A stretch of DNA of 64,000 bases, from positions 100,628,001-100,692,000 of the forward strand of contig NW_024704742.1 in the NCBI RefSeq assembly GCF_018977255.1, given 5' to 3'. Every line of letters starts with the position of its first letter. Positions within the stretch are counted from its first letter, which is position 1. The translations under genes were made by a program, and so were the position numbers. The DNA is from Callorhinchus milii (Eukaryota). This document shows positions 51,648 to 63,990 of the stretch, one piece after another. Under the pieces are notes generated by a model. It worked only from the letters and a program-made list of their open reading frames with translations. It made no database searches and was not told where the DNA came from.

Positions 51648-53140
51648 CTGCAATGCAGAACATTATTTTAATTGAATCACTGATGCTAATATCTGTATAA
51701 CACCAAACTTAAAACACATCCTGTAGCCCCCAAATAGAAAAAAAAGGTTCTACGTTCCATGTTCCACTCTTGGGTTTGTTCCCTCAGGAAGTATATAAAT
51801 AAAAGTTACGAGCATTACTGAGTGAGGAAAAGGCACCACCAGATAGAAATATCCATCAAGCTACATTTATTCATCAAGACAGCTTCAACAGAAACAAACA
51901 TCAGCTGCAAAGATAAAGTGAGTTAATCCAGCAGAATACCTATCGTCACGTTCACATCACAGTTAAAACCTATCTGCCCTGTATCTTGAATTAAGTTGCT
52001 TTTTGGTTGCACTTTTCTAATGTGTATCATTTCCATGTGCTCCGAATGGCAGGACAAAGTAATCACAGCTCCTAAACCATTACTGGGGACAAGTCCTTAT
52101 CAGCATCTCTCTAAAAAATGCTGGTTACAGGAAAGCAGCAGCCACCCAGCGATGGCATAATCTCCCCACTTGTATAAATCAAACAAAAAACGTTTTTTGT
52201 TATCATTACTATATTATGGGCAAATGTCAACAGAATTGCCACAAATTCAAGTCTTTCAGTATGCTGTCGCTTGACTATAAATTGCATGTTATTGACATTT
52301 TGGCTTGCATTTTCAGACTTCTGATACGCTTAGCACAATTTTGCAATGGCAATGCCTGGTGTCCACATGTTTGGGGTAGGTAGTGATATCAGCATATGGA
52401 AGCCTGCAAAATATGCATTCACTACACTTCATATAAATCCTGTGAAGCTTTGAGGTGTGCTCCTGACTTATTACTTATTATTGAATGTTCTGTTACTGTA
52501 AGATTCCACAAATGGGTAAATGTTTGCAAATAACAATGATGTATCTTTAATTTACTGAATTGCACATTTTTCAATGTAAGACGAAAGATACTATGCTGTA
52601 CTTTTAAGATGATGACTGCTCAAAATAATCACAAGAAAAGCTTTTTAGGATTCCACATTGGGTCCGGTGGATGTTAACAGCAACATGTGAAAACAATTGT
52701 GCATGTGGGATGATGGCAAAGGTACAAAATGTCATAGGTCTTCCTTGCTCATTCTCAGCTGTAAATCCCAAATTAAGAAAAATACACCAAGTCCACAGTG
52801 TTGCAAATGATGAAAAGCAACACATTTCTTCTTCACTTAACCCATTCCAGCAAAGGGCTTTACCAATAATAAGGTTTCATCAATCCAAACTGGCAGCTAT
52901 TTTTCAGTGACTCCCAGGCCGTATAACTAATCATGTCACTAATGAAATGATTCACTAACCACTTAACTAGTCATGTAGTATTTCATTAATACTGAATGCA
53001 ATCTTTCACTATTTACATTTACTTGCAGCCCACAAGCCAGTTTGTGAATCAGGCAATATTAAATTGCTAGGACAAGAATGTGATGCATTTCCACTGATAG
53101 CAAAATAAATGGCAGCAGGTTCCAACAAACAAGTACTTAC

Positions 53141-53224
53141 ATAAGCTGTCTGTGATTCAGTGGCTTGCAACTCAGGACAACTCAGGTTTACATAGCAAGG
53201 AGTTTGATTTAATCTGGTCTGTAA
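53141..53224 (-). CDS. FAM186-like gene, exon (acceptor uncertain)
   Basis: Donor TAT|gtaagt, phase 0; LQTRLNQTPCYVNLSCPELQATESQTAY; alternative AGs at 53241 and 53218. Confidence 0.5.
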
Positions 53225-53348
53225 CTGGCTAACCAGTTTCTCTAGAATTGTTGAGATATTTAGTCTGAATGCTTAGATATTGCATAAATATACATTGATC
53301 GATAAGAATGGATGATTCATGATTTACTTTTCAGAATGTTTTGAAAGT

Positions 53349-53568
53349 GGGGGTAGAAATTCCACTTGGGTCTTGATTTATTCGATTTTCGTAGCATTTC
53401 ATAGTGTCGAGAATTTATCAAATTCGAATAGAGTTTAGAAGTTAGTTTTCTGTCAGCTATATTAAGAATTATACAAAAACTTCAAAGATTAACAATTTGC
53501 CGAATTCTGGCTGCTCTGAAATGGTACACAAATAAAGTAAATCTAGATTCAAGTGCAATTTCTTCCCA
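53349..53568. mobile_element. MITE-like element with imperfect terminal inverted repeats
   Basis: GGGTAGAAATTCCACTTGGGTCTTGATTTA ... TAAATCTAGATTCAAGTGCAATTTCTTCCC. Confidence 0.55.
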
Positions 53569-53964
53569 TTTAATTTGTTTTTGAAGGATTCAAATTTACA
53601 TATTTTTAGCATTCATTTTTGAACAGATAATATACAGAATAATCGAGAACACATTCCCAATAATTGCATCTGACAAAATCCAGTTATCCCTAATTCAGTG
53701 GAAATTAGATCAAGATTGTAAATAATGAGGCAACCACGGACCAAGTATTGACACAGAGATTTTTGAAAGTCCAGCATGTCCATGGACCAATACTTGTTTG
53801 GATAAACCCAGAGCTGCCCTTTAGTTTACAGTTAATCTAGTTTGCTTCAAGCATGTAAAGGTCAATGAATGCTGCAACCTTGTCTGTTATCATTTTGTGT
53901 TTTCAACATTTGATTAAAGCGATTTTAAGAGTTGTTTGGTATAAAATGAGTAGCTTGCTGATAC

Positions 53965-54137
53965 CATTGTCTGTTCATCTCTTAAATCAATATCACGCTC
54001 CAAATAAGCCTCTTCCACTGTCTCAAGGGTACTAGCTCTCTGGCAGAGAAAGCTTCCCATGCTTGTTTCTTGAGGTTCTTCAGACAGCTCTCTGTTCTCA
54101 GGATCATCAAGAGGAAATGGAGCAGACTTTTCTGTAC
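53965..54137 (-). CDS. FAM186-like gene, exon
   Basis: Phase 1 to 0, GTEKSAPFPLDDPENRELSEEPQETS...DLRDEQTM|gtatca; acceptor could be 6 nt downstream. Confidence 0.65.
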
Positions 54138-54227
54138 CTTCATAAGAAACGTGTAGATATAACATAATCACAATCAAATGCAAATTAACATGATGTTAAA
54201 CATTTCAGGTGTTTTTATTCCATTATA

Positions 54228-54455
54228 TTGCAGGGTCTAGATTTACTCTATTTTCTTAGCAATTCAGAGCAACCAGAATTTGACAAACTGTTTAAACTAA
54301 ATTCATTCTTAACCTTGAAGCATGTTTTCTATCGTTGATAAAATTAACTATGGAAAAACGGCTTCAAAATTAAGGCTGTATGTTTGCCGAATTTCAGACA
54401 TTTCAAAATGCTGAGAAAATAGAATAAGTCCAGACCCAGTGGAATTTCTATCCCT
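54228..54455. mobile_element. Second MITE-like copy, inverted relative to 53349-53568
   Basis: TCTAGATTTAC..TTCAGAGCAACCAGAATT and GACCCAGTGGAATTTCTATCCC match the reverse complement of the first copy. Confidence 0.55.
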
Positions 54456-54644
54456 AAATGTACAACATAGATCTCAAGTGCCTTTCTGGAGTATAATAAA
54501 TAGGAAAACATGCAATTTTGTAGTGACGTAATTCTTCAGCAAAGGAAACAAATATTTAGCAGTACAGGAGTTTGCAGTTTATACTTTCATTGGTTGGAAA
54601 TTAGATGAATAGTTATCATTAAAAAGCATAAGATGACACAATCA

Positions 54645-54995
54645 CAAAAGCGGTTTGAATGAAGTCTTCAGCCCATTTGATTCTTTCTTTCCAGAATATC
54701 CACTGTAACATCCTCTCATCACAGCATCAAGCTGTGTTTTAAATGAGTCTAGTGTCCTGGCATCAATCAACCTTCCTGGCAACTTGTCCCAGTCATTAAT
54801 TACTCTAGCGTTTATCCTGAAATTGCCCTTTGTAACCTTGAACCTGTTTCCTCCTGTTCTGCTATTTTGGTGCAGCTGAAAGTATTTTTCTGAATTTATG
54901 TCCTCAATTCCATTTAAAATGTTATACATAGTACCTCTATAAAGTCAGCTCTGAGATGCATCTTTTCAAGATGGAGAGGCCAAGCTCAACTAATC
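54645..54995 (-). mobile_element. CR1 LINE 3' fragment
   Basis: YNILNGIEDIN...RVINDWDKLP...DSFKTQLD. Confidence 0.75.
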
Positions 54996-55029
54996 ATTGC
55001 TCATTAGATTTTGTCCCAATGAAGCTGTT

Positions 55030-55290
55030 CATCCCTTGTCCCCTCCACCATCAGCGGCTGTGCTTTCAGCCACTATGCCCTGAAGGTTTGGAACTCTTTC
55101 CCTCAATCTTGCCCCCTCCCTCTTTTAGATCACAAATGAAAACTTTCCACTTCGACTGAACTTACGGTCATCTATTCCTCTACCCCCCGGCCACCCCACC
55201 CTGGCTCAGAGTCAGGCTCCACCATTGTTAAGCACTCCTAGATGCTGCCCTGCGTGAAGCCCGCTGTATAAATGCAAGTTGTTGTTGTTT
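55030..55290 (+). mobile_element. L2 LINE 3' fragment
   Basis: AFSHYAPEGLEL-like remnant; TATAAATGCAAG-(TTG)n tail. Confidence 0.7.
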
Positions 55291-55625
55291 ATTTGGAAGC
55301 AACAGCATTCTGTGGTTTATCAGGTTTGTTTGATTTAACGGAGCCTGGCGAGCAAGGTGTGAAATACAATTCTGCTACTGAGACTGGGCTCAGCAGACAC
55401 TGAGCTATATATAGCTCAGACAGTAAGCTTTATATGGTTCAGGATCTGAGAGGTTTTGATTTTCTTTCTCATTGAAAAAACCTGAGGAGGAGCTGAGCTA
55501 TGGTTTCAGGTTGCCAATGAACTGTAGGAGTGAATAGAAATTTTATCCGGTTACCTCTTGTTCTGGTTTCACAAGGCTGATTCAAACAAAACAGGAGGTG
55601 CCTCTCCTCTGGATGTTTCACTTAC

Positions 55626-55640
55626 CTCTAGCATTACCAG
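55626..55640 (-). CDS. Candidate 15-nt microexon of the FAM186-like gene
   Basis: ttgctatgtttttgtag|CTGGTAATGCTAGAG|gtaagt, phase 1 to 1, AGNAR. Confidence 0.45.
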
Positions 55641-55664
55641 CTACAAAAACATAGCAATAACAAA

Positions 55665-56262
55665 ACCAACTCGTGATGATCCTCCTGGGGTGATGGTGAT
55701 GGTAAGTGAGGTCTCCTGAGGCTGAGCTGGCTCCAAACTGACGTGCTTGACAATGAATTGTAAGAATTAATTCAACCCATTGTGGGGTTCTCAGTAGTCT
55801 GGCTCCTGCACAGTATTCCAGGGAATTGCTGATGACAGAATAGCCAGCCTGGCTTGTTGGCAAGACTTGAAGTGGCGAACAAGGATTCTGTCCATTCAGC
55901 ACCTGTTAACTCTGCAAGCTCAAATCCCTAATGGTAGAGTACTGCAGCAGGAAAATGACAGGAAGCTGTCCGGAAAGTGTTGTCATGGTAAGCTATTTGC
56001 TTTTAGCTGGGTAAACTCCAGGAGTACCTCAATGCATATTCTGGCATCTCCAAGATTTGGCTCTCACCAACCTGGATTTAACACTCTCTGGAATTTGGTA
56101 ATCAGGATGCGGGCCTCCAAAGCGAGAGGCAGAGAGTGTGCATTCCATTCCAGACTCAGGAAAATTTGTATGGATATTTGATATTCATTTTGTGAAACTC
56201 CCAGTATGGTGTGAATACTCTTGGTGATGGGTTTTCACATGTGTCAGTTGACCCCTGCCAAC
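55665..56262 (+). repeat. Unclassified repeat, full-length copy
   Basis: All blocks in the same order as the 61-62 kb copy. Confidence 0.75.
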
Positions 56263-56586
56263 CCCACCCACCCCAACTCCCACCCCCCACTCACCTCCAC
56301 ACACACACATCAAAAAAATAAATACTAGATCTGAAAATCTACCTAGTCTTAGCTTTTGAGACTATTTTATCTTAAAATGTAAGATTGTGAAGAAATTGTG
56401 AAAAATTCTTCAGGTTTGACTTAATTTGGAAGTAATTAAAACTCCATTCATGTATTTTTCAATGTTATTGAGTTTAAGATAACAGATAACAGCCATGAGT
56501 TTAAGTTTAAGTCTAACACCCTGAGAAATTTCAGGCCTCACAACTTGTTTGTAAATCATTGGTGTAGACATAGATAGGTCCATTAC

Positions 56587-56699
56587 CTGCATCGGCTGAC
56601 AAGCCGTTGGAGTTAACACAAGCAGCAGTTATATCATCTCTTTCTTCCCATCTCTCTTTGTCCTGATCTCTCATGGGTTCCCGTTTAACAAGTGATATT
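56587..56699 (-). CDS. Coiled-coil FAM186-like gene, exon
   Basis: tttcag|...GCAG|gtaatg, phase 2 to 1, ISLVKREPMRDQDKERWEERDDITAACVNSNGLSADA. Confidence 0.6.
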
Positions 56700-57529
56700 C
56701 TGAAATAGTCCTTTCACAAGAAAAGAAGCACATTTAGATAGACAGTTCACTTTACTTATTGATCCGCGCTAGACTGATCGCAGAATACCTAGATTTAAAA
56801 ACAATTAAGAAATTCAGATTTTCCGAGATGAAGTTTTTAATCTTAAAAAAATCACAAAATAATTTAAAAAATAGTTTTTCAAATGTTGTTGTTGGTATTG
56901 TTTTTGCAGATGAGATTCCTTCCCTCTTTCTAAAAAAGAAAAATATTTTCTTCCCTACTCTTTTCTTGGGTCTATTCGTATCATGTACTGAAGCACTGTA
57001 GTATGGCTCAGTGCTTCTCTACAGTGACATGTCTGAGATCAGCAATTCAATGGATGGTGGATTGAAGCTATGGTCTTTCACACAAAATGTTCCACTGACC
57101 GTAACACTTTGTAGTGCTAGATTCTATTTTCTGAGAGTAAAAGGAATTCAGTGTCATTGAGTCATGAACACTGCAGAACCCGAACAAGATCCCTACAAAT
57201 GTAAATGTTAGGAGAGCAAAAGAAAAGCAAGTTAATAGAAGCCAGGTGTATATGAATCAACAGGGTGACAACCGCAGATTTTTCTTAATTCATTAATTTT
57301 ATTTTCAGATGATCCAAGGCAACAGAACAAGAAAGCACAGATTCAGCGTTAAAAGGGCAATTTCAAGATAGACAGCAGGAAGTATTTCTTTACCTGGAAG
57401 GTATCATAATAATAATCTTTACATTTGATACAGCGCCTTTCACGGCAGAATGATGTCTCAAAGCACTTCACAGGATTTACTGTAGTATAGTGACTGTGTT
57501 TTGTAAATGGACGCAACAGCCAATGTTGT

Positions 57530-57852
57530 GGAGTCCTGTAGCTCAGTGGTTAGAGCACTCGCTTTGCAAGTGAGAGACCTGAGTTCAATTCCCGGCAGGT
57601 CAGGGCGAAACCTTGGGCAAGTTTCCTTACTCCTCACGCCTAATAATAATCCCTCCAAAACAAAAAAACAATAAATTGGTCATTTTCAATCTACGACTGT
57701 TTGTGGGACATTGCTGTGCGCAATTGGCTGCCGCGTTCGCCCACAAATATACAGTCAATTCACTTTACAGTGTCTTCTGTGAAGCGCTTTGGGACGTCCT
57801 CCCGACGTGAAAAGCGCTATACCAAATGCAAGGATTATTATTATTATTATTA
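57530..57852 (+). mobile_element. Young tRNA-derived SINE nested in an older Deu-SINE (~57405-57935, minus)
   Basis: Full copy; host GCAGCCAAT..TTGTG|CAC..ATGTCCCACAAAC is split. Confidence 0.9.
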
Positions 57853-58061
57853 CACACCATGTCCCACAAACAGCCATAAAATGAGGAACCCATTTTATCT
57901 GGGAGATTGTTGACCTGGAGAAACTCCTTTCATCATTTAAAAAGTGGAACAGGTTACAAGTAAGTGTGATTGAGGCCAGGATGTTGGACTCATTTAAGAA
58001 TGAGCTCAATGCTGTGATGAGAAGGCATTCTGGAAGGATGAAATGAGCCAAAGGGACTTCT

Positions 58062-58780
58062 TCAACAACAACAACTTGCACTTATATAGTGCCCTCCACG
58101 CTGGGTAATGTCTCAGAGCACTTAATAGTGGTGGAGCCTGACTCCGAGCCAGGGAGAGTAGGGAGGTGGCCGTAAGTACGGTCGAAGAGGAAAGCTTTCA
58201 GAAGAGATTTGAAAGAGGGGAGAGAGGGTCAAGGTGGAGGGATTGAGGGAGAATGTTCCAGAAGTTTGGGGTGTAGTGGTTGAAAGCACGACCTCTATTG
58301 GTGGGGCGGAGGGTGCGAGGGACGAACAGGAGGCCAGTGCCAGTTGAGCGGAGGTGCCGGATGGTAGATTGGGGAGTGAGGAGGTCGGGGAGGTAGGGAG
58401 ATGCCAGGGAATGAATAGATTTGAACACGAGTGTGAGGATCTTGAAGTCAATCCGTTCAGTGATGGGGAGCAGTGATGGGGAGTCTGGCCAGAACTGATG
58501 AGATGTGGCTACGGAGTTTGGTTCAGGTCAGTATGTGGGCAGCAGAGTTTTGAATGAGCTGGATCTTTTGAATGGTGGAGCTGGAGAGACCGGCGAGAAG
58601 TGCATTGGAGTATTCCAAGCGGGAGTTGACAAACACATGCACAAGGTTTTCGGCTGCAATTAGGGTAAGATACGGTCGGAGGCGGGCATTGTTGCGAAGG
58701 TGAAAGAAGGTGGTCCTGGTCAGGGACTGGATGTGGGAGAGGAAGGACAGCTGGGGGTTGAACTATGTTGCGCACTTTCC
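58062..58780 (-). mobile_element. L2 LINE ORF2 3' fragment with tail
   Basis: FKSIHSLASPYLPDLL...GRAFNHYTPNFWNILP; (CAA)n tail at left. Confidence 0.85.
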
Positions 58781-58930
58781 AAGTTCTGCAAATAGGATTC
58801 CTTCAGATCTCCAGACTTACATTATTCTGACTTGTGGGAATTCTGCACCAATGTGATTTGCTTCCCAGAATAGAATTCTGTGGGTTGACATGAATTCTAA
58901 CAACATTCCTTACTAAGGAATTGTGTTTAG

Positions 58931-59132
58931 AAAACTGATGTGAGAATATTAAACTATAGGATAACTGATGTAGGAATATTAAAAAATAATAACAATCTGC
59001 ATTTATATAGTGCTTTGACTTGGATATTGTCTCGGAGCACTTAAGCTATAGGACAACTAACTCAAGAGTACTAAACTATAGGATGACTGATATGGGATAC
59101 TAAACTAGAGGTTAACTATTGTGGGGGTATTA
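58931..59132. repeat. Degenerate ~30-bp minisatellite interrupted by an L2-type tail
   Basis: Unit ~TAAACTATAGGATAACTGATGTAGGAATAT, 4-5 copies. Confidence 0.6.
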
Positions 59133-61264
59133 CATTTCAGCAAAATAATCCGTACATTCTGTAAAATGGAGATTATATGAGCATATTTCAAAAATACATA
59201 GTGAAGACTCTTGTTAAGCAGCATTATATACAGCGATGATATATATTTAGTTTATGGGGGCAATATTTCAAGTCTCAGTTTAGATGATATTGTAAACCAC
59301 CACAGTAAAACATAAATGGTTTATTGACGTCACCTAATTCCTAATATTTATTTGACTGTAGCATTCAGTAAAGAATGTTACATTTACTTCATCTCACTAA
59401 ATGTCATAGCAAAATAAATGTTTTCCCTCGATGTCGTCAGGAAACAGTTTTATCGCAGTGAATGTTACAGTAACGTATAAAGTTACTGATAGCTACCAGT
59501 GTACTACATCTGCTCACCCTTAGCCTCCCCCAGTGATTTTTTTAAAGGAAACCAGATAACTTCAAAAAAGGATATTTATAGATTATTGAAAAAGTCATGA
59601 AAGCGAATCTTATATACAGTACCTCTGTGTTTACTACTCAAGATTTATAATCCTTACGTTTGATATAGGGGCTTTCATGTCAGGAGGATATTTGCATAAT
59701 TAATGTTTGATTTGCAGTGGTTAAGTACATTATTGATATTGCAATCATGGTAATGTACCCTGTATGATAGCTGCTAGGGTATTTGTAGATAGGTAGAATG
59801 GTGAACGTCTTCAAATAATAGTGAGAAAAGTAATTTTTATTAGTTCCTAATCAAGAACAAACTGCACATTTCATTTGGTTCCCTCAAGGTGCTGATGTGG
59901 ACAGAATCTCAGTTTTAAGTGCAAAACCTTCAGAGAACAGCTCTGCTTTGATAAGGTGCAAAAAACACCACAGACTTGTAGTATGTAAATGAAAGTGCAG
60001 TCATGTGATCATAAGGATGTAGGCTCCAATAAACTGCATACTCAAGAGTCCACATACACACACACACACAAACACAAAATCCTTCAAATGAAATTTCTCG
60101 ATTCATCAGGAAGCATTACTTCAACTGAAGCAGGCAACCAAAAGGTCATGGAGAAAAGTTCCCCTGTTTGCTTTTGTCAAGGGTTTTTGACTTGCTTCTG
60201 ATGCAAGCTCTCTCCAGGGGAAAAAGAAGACTAAAACTTCCTGTCACTCTGAAGACAGTCGTTTATACAGCTGTCTTTGAAAATGTTTCAGAAAAAGCAT
60301 AAGGGACCTTATGAACTCCCTCAAACATGCTGCTGATATCAATTTGTTCTCATGTAAACATGCACAGAATGTTGTTGCGGATTTGTTCTGTCAACCTCAG
60401 GCTGTGCTACAAATTGCTGTACATTGCTTTTTCTTGAACTTGAATTAAACCTCTAAAGAGTTCGGACCAGGTTTTTGTTTGGTTGCCTGCGCATATTTGT
60501 GATTTGCCCATTGATAACTAGTGAGTTCACACAGGGATATACAAGTATATATATAAAATTGGATATACAAGTTTTACATTGGCCCTCACCTCCACTACCC
60601 CAGCAGCAGTTTTTGCAATGATACAGTACAGAGGGCTTGTAATTTAATTAGGATGAGCTTGAGTTATGTCCATGCTCCTTCTGTCTGTGGGCAAAGTCAA
60701 AGTCCAAATAAGATCATTCTTCAAAGCCTAATCTGTGTACAGAGACTTAATACAGTATTAAGGATACAGCGAGCAAAACGTTGGTAGAGAGTGATTAGCT
60801 GGGTCCAATGGGTCACCAGAATTTGATTCAGTACTAACCCTATAATCTTTTTATTTAATACAGAGCCTTATCGTATTATCAAAACTTCTCAAAGTGCTTC
60901 ACAGAATTTACTGTGAAGTTTAGTTACTGTGTATTTTGTGGGCAAACACAACAGCCAATTTACCCACAACAAAGGCCCACAAACAGCCATGAAATAAATG
61001 ACCAATTTTGTGTGGGAGATAGTGGGCCTGACAACAGCAGAACCTAGTTTTTCTTTTTCAATAGTACCAAACCCACCTGAAGAAGTAGGCTGTGCATTAA
61101 TTTAACGTCTCATCTGAAGGGCGCACTTCTGACAATGCAGCAAGCTCCCAGCACTGCACTGGAGTGTCAGTCTGGACTGTCAACATCTTGTAATCCCTGT
61201 TTAGACTTTAAACATCTAAACAGTTCCAATTGATGTACACCAGTAAAAAGGAACCTGTGGCTCT

Positions 61265-62480
61265 TTGGGGAGGGGAGGTAAGTGGGGTCTCCTTGCAGCT
61301 GAACTGGCTCCAAGGTGATTTACCAGGCCAGTGGAGGCCTGTGGTTCAGTGGTTAGAGCACTTGACTCGTATGGAACTCACTACCCCAAAGGGCTGTTGA
61401 CGCTCAGTCCTTGAACATATTCAAGACTGAAATAGATAGATTTCTTATTGCAAAAGGGATTAAGGGATATGGGGATAAGGCAGGGTCAGGTTATTAGCTG
61501 GAGTTAGATTAGAAGATCAGCCATGATTGAGTGGTGGGGCACGCTCGAATGGCCTACTCCTACATGTTATGTTATGTTATGATCTGGATTTGATTCCCAG
61601 CAGGACTAAACACTGGGCAAGTTTCCTTACTCCACAAGTCTCTGTTTACCTAGAAGTAAGTAGGAACCTGGTTGTTAGTCGTTTGGCAGATCGCTTTTCC
61701 AGGGGTAATAATTCCTTCAAAAAAGAATAATAAATTGGTCACTCAATCCACAACTGCTTGTGGGACACTGCTGTGTGCAATTGGCTGCTGCATTTCGCCC
61801 ACAAAATACACAATCAATTCACTTTACAGTGATTAAATTAAATAAATACAGTGAAGTGCTTTGAGACATCTTGAAAATGTGATAAAGAACTATATCAAAT
61901 GCAAGGATTATTGTTATTATTATTATTATTAACGGAATGTCAGAATCAAGCCAGCCTTGCTGTGGCAGTCTTGGTAGTCCGGTTCCCGAGCCTGGCAGGT
62001 CTGCAGTATTCCAAGGCACTGCTGATTGACAGCACAGCCAGTCTGGCTCATCAACAGGATCTGGAAGGGCAGACCAGTCACTGGGGGCAGGGAGTCAACC
62101 CATTCAGCTCCTGTTAACCCTGCAAGCCAAAACTGTAACGGGTACGGTGGTCCTAGCTGGACAAGCAGTGGGAGAGCAAAGCTTACTGGACAGCAATATC
62201 AATGGTAAGCTATGTAGTTTTAGCTGGTTAGACTCCAGCAGTACCCCAACACACTCTCTGGGGTCACCAAGCCTTGGCTCTTGCCAACCTGAGCCTCATA
62301 CTTTCCAGAATTAGGTAAGCAGAATACGTCCCTCCAGGGAGAGAGTGTGCATTCCATTCCAACAATCTCACCCTCCACATCTATCTCTGGGATTTTCATG
62401 TGTAGGTGAGATGCATGGAAATCTCGGCTTGGTTTGGCGCATGGTGATTGGTTTCCGCATGTGTCAGACACCGGCTGACC
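61265..62480 (+). repeat. Unclassified ~650-700 bp interspersed repeat, best-preserved copy, split by a SINE
   Basis: Blocks GGTAAGTGGGGTCTCC..GCTGAACTGGCTC, GGCACTGCTGA(T)TGACAGCACAGCC, CCTTGGCTCTTGCCAACCTG, GAGAGTGTGCATTCCATTCC and GTGTCAGA..CCGGCTG are shared with five other loci. Confidence 0.8.
61333..61930 (+). mobile_element. Long-subfamily SINE interrupted by a CR1 3' fragment (~61372-61580)
   Basis: Head split after GGTTAGAGCACTTGACTCG; CR1 WNSLPQRAV...FKTEIDRFL plus tail. Confidence 0.8.
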
Positions 62481-63914
62481 AAAACAAAAATGTTCAAATG
62501 TTCTCTTCATTCAATCATTCCTATAGAATATGTATGCCTATCCCTGTTAGCAGTAAAGCATCCCTTGTTAAACACCACTAACTAAACCAACCTCTAAAAC
62601 CCAATTCAACGCAAGCAGTGGAATGTTGGGTTCACACATCAATGATGTTGGCTCAAAAAACTTCAGTCTTCATTATATTTTCCACTTATAAGTACAATGT
62701 TACAGTTAATAAATGTTCCAATAATCAAAAAATAAATGTATTCACAGACCGGTCAACATGTTCCCCTTTAAATGAACAGCCATAATAATAAATAATAATT
62801 AATAAAGATCATTAATTATTATAACAATAAATAATCCTGTAATTTAATTTGAAATTAAACGCAATGATTAATTAATGAATTTATTATTTGAAATTAAATC
62901 ATATGATGAAGAACCTTGTGAAATTCTCTTCTCAAATCATCAGGGTTAACAGGAGCTGAATGGGTGGAGCTTTAAACATTACCGATACGGGTAGACAAGA
63001 TCTTAGTTTAACATCTGATCTGAAGTACAGCATCTGCAATAGTTCTACTCCAGAAATGTTGCTGAAATGTCTCAAATCACTTCACAGGATATACTGTGGA
63101 GTGTAGTGACTGTATATTTTGCAGGCATATTTTGTATGACTGCTGTGTACTAAATTTGATGCCTGAAGCTAAAAATAGAAATGTGTTTTCAGTAGACTTT
63201 CAGCCACAGTAGTGTTCACAGATAAACATTAAATTACATGAACTGTAGGACTCCTGAAATAAATTGTCCAAAAATAAAAACCTGCTGAAGAAAACAGTAA
63301 TTGAAGTTCAAATTATTTAACTGCAAGCTGTATTTAGGCAGGGTGTAACACAAGCCTATTATTAAGTACTTGATCCAGTCAACAGTAAAATGTAACTGGG
63401 TCCATTGAAGCTTTTAAACATAAGCAAACCGTGTCTTACATGCAACAAAAATAGAACTCCTGATAACTGGAGTATTCAGTATCAGTAATTGCCATAGTTG
63501 AGCCTGAGGACAGCAAAACAAGGGTTCCATCAATAATGGTCTCTCAAAGTTGAAGTTATGGGTTCAAGCCCCACATCGAGACTCTGAACTCACAGTCTAG
63601 TCTGACATTCCAGTACATTGCTGGGGGAACATTTTTTGTTGCAGGCGCCATACTTCAAATGAGATGTTAAACTCGTATGGGTGAACGTTTAGAGCTCTCA
63701 TAACATGATTTGAGAAGTGAATTTCACTCAGTATCCTGACCAACAAACTCCTAGATAAAATTGGTCATTCACATCATGGTTGTTTGTGGACATTGCTGTG
63801 CGCACAAATTGGCTGCGCATTCACCTACAAAATATACAGTAAATCCTGTGAAGTGCTTTAAGATGCCCTATTGACATGAAAGATGCTACATAAAATGCAA
63901 GGATTACGGTGTAC

Positions 63915-63990
63915 CATCTATTATCTCTGTTTGTAACACATTGTGCCTGTCTTTAAACATTCCTTTTCCTGCCTCCAATTTTCTCCTCTC
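63915..63990 (-). CDS. Possible upstream exon of the FAM186-like gene
   Basis: cttcag|ERRKLEAGKGMFKDRHNVLQTEIID|gtacac; not phase-linked to the next exon I could identify. Confidence 0.3.

Noticed and set aside
56756..56788. 33-nt phase-2 exon candidate
   Set aside because: It would need a 56-nt intron, shorter than usual for vertebrates
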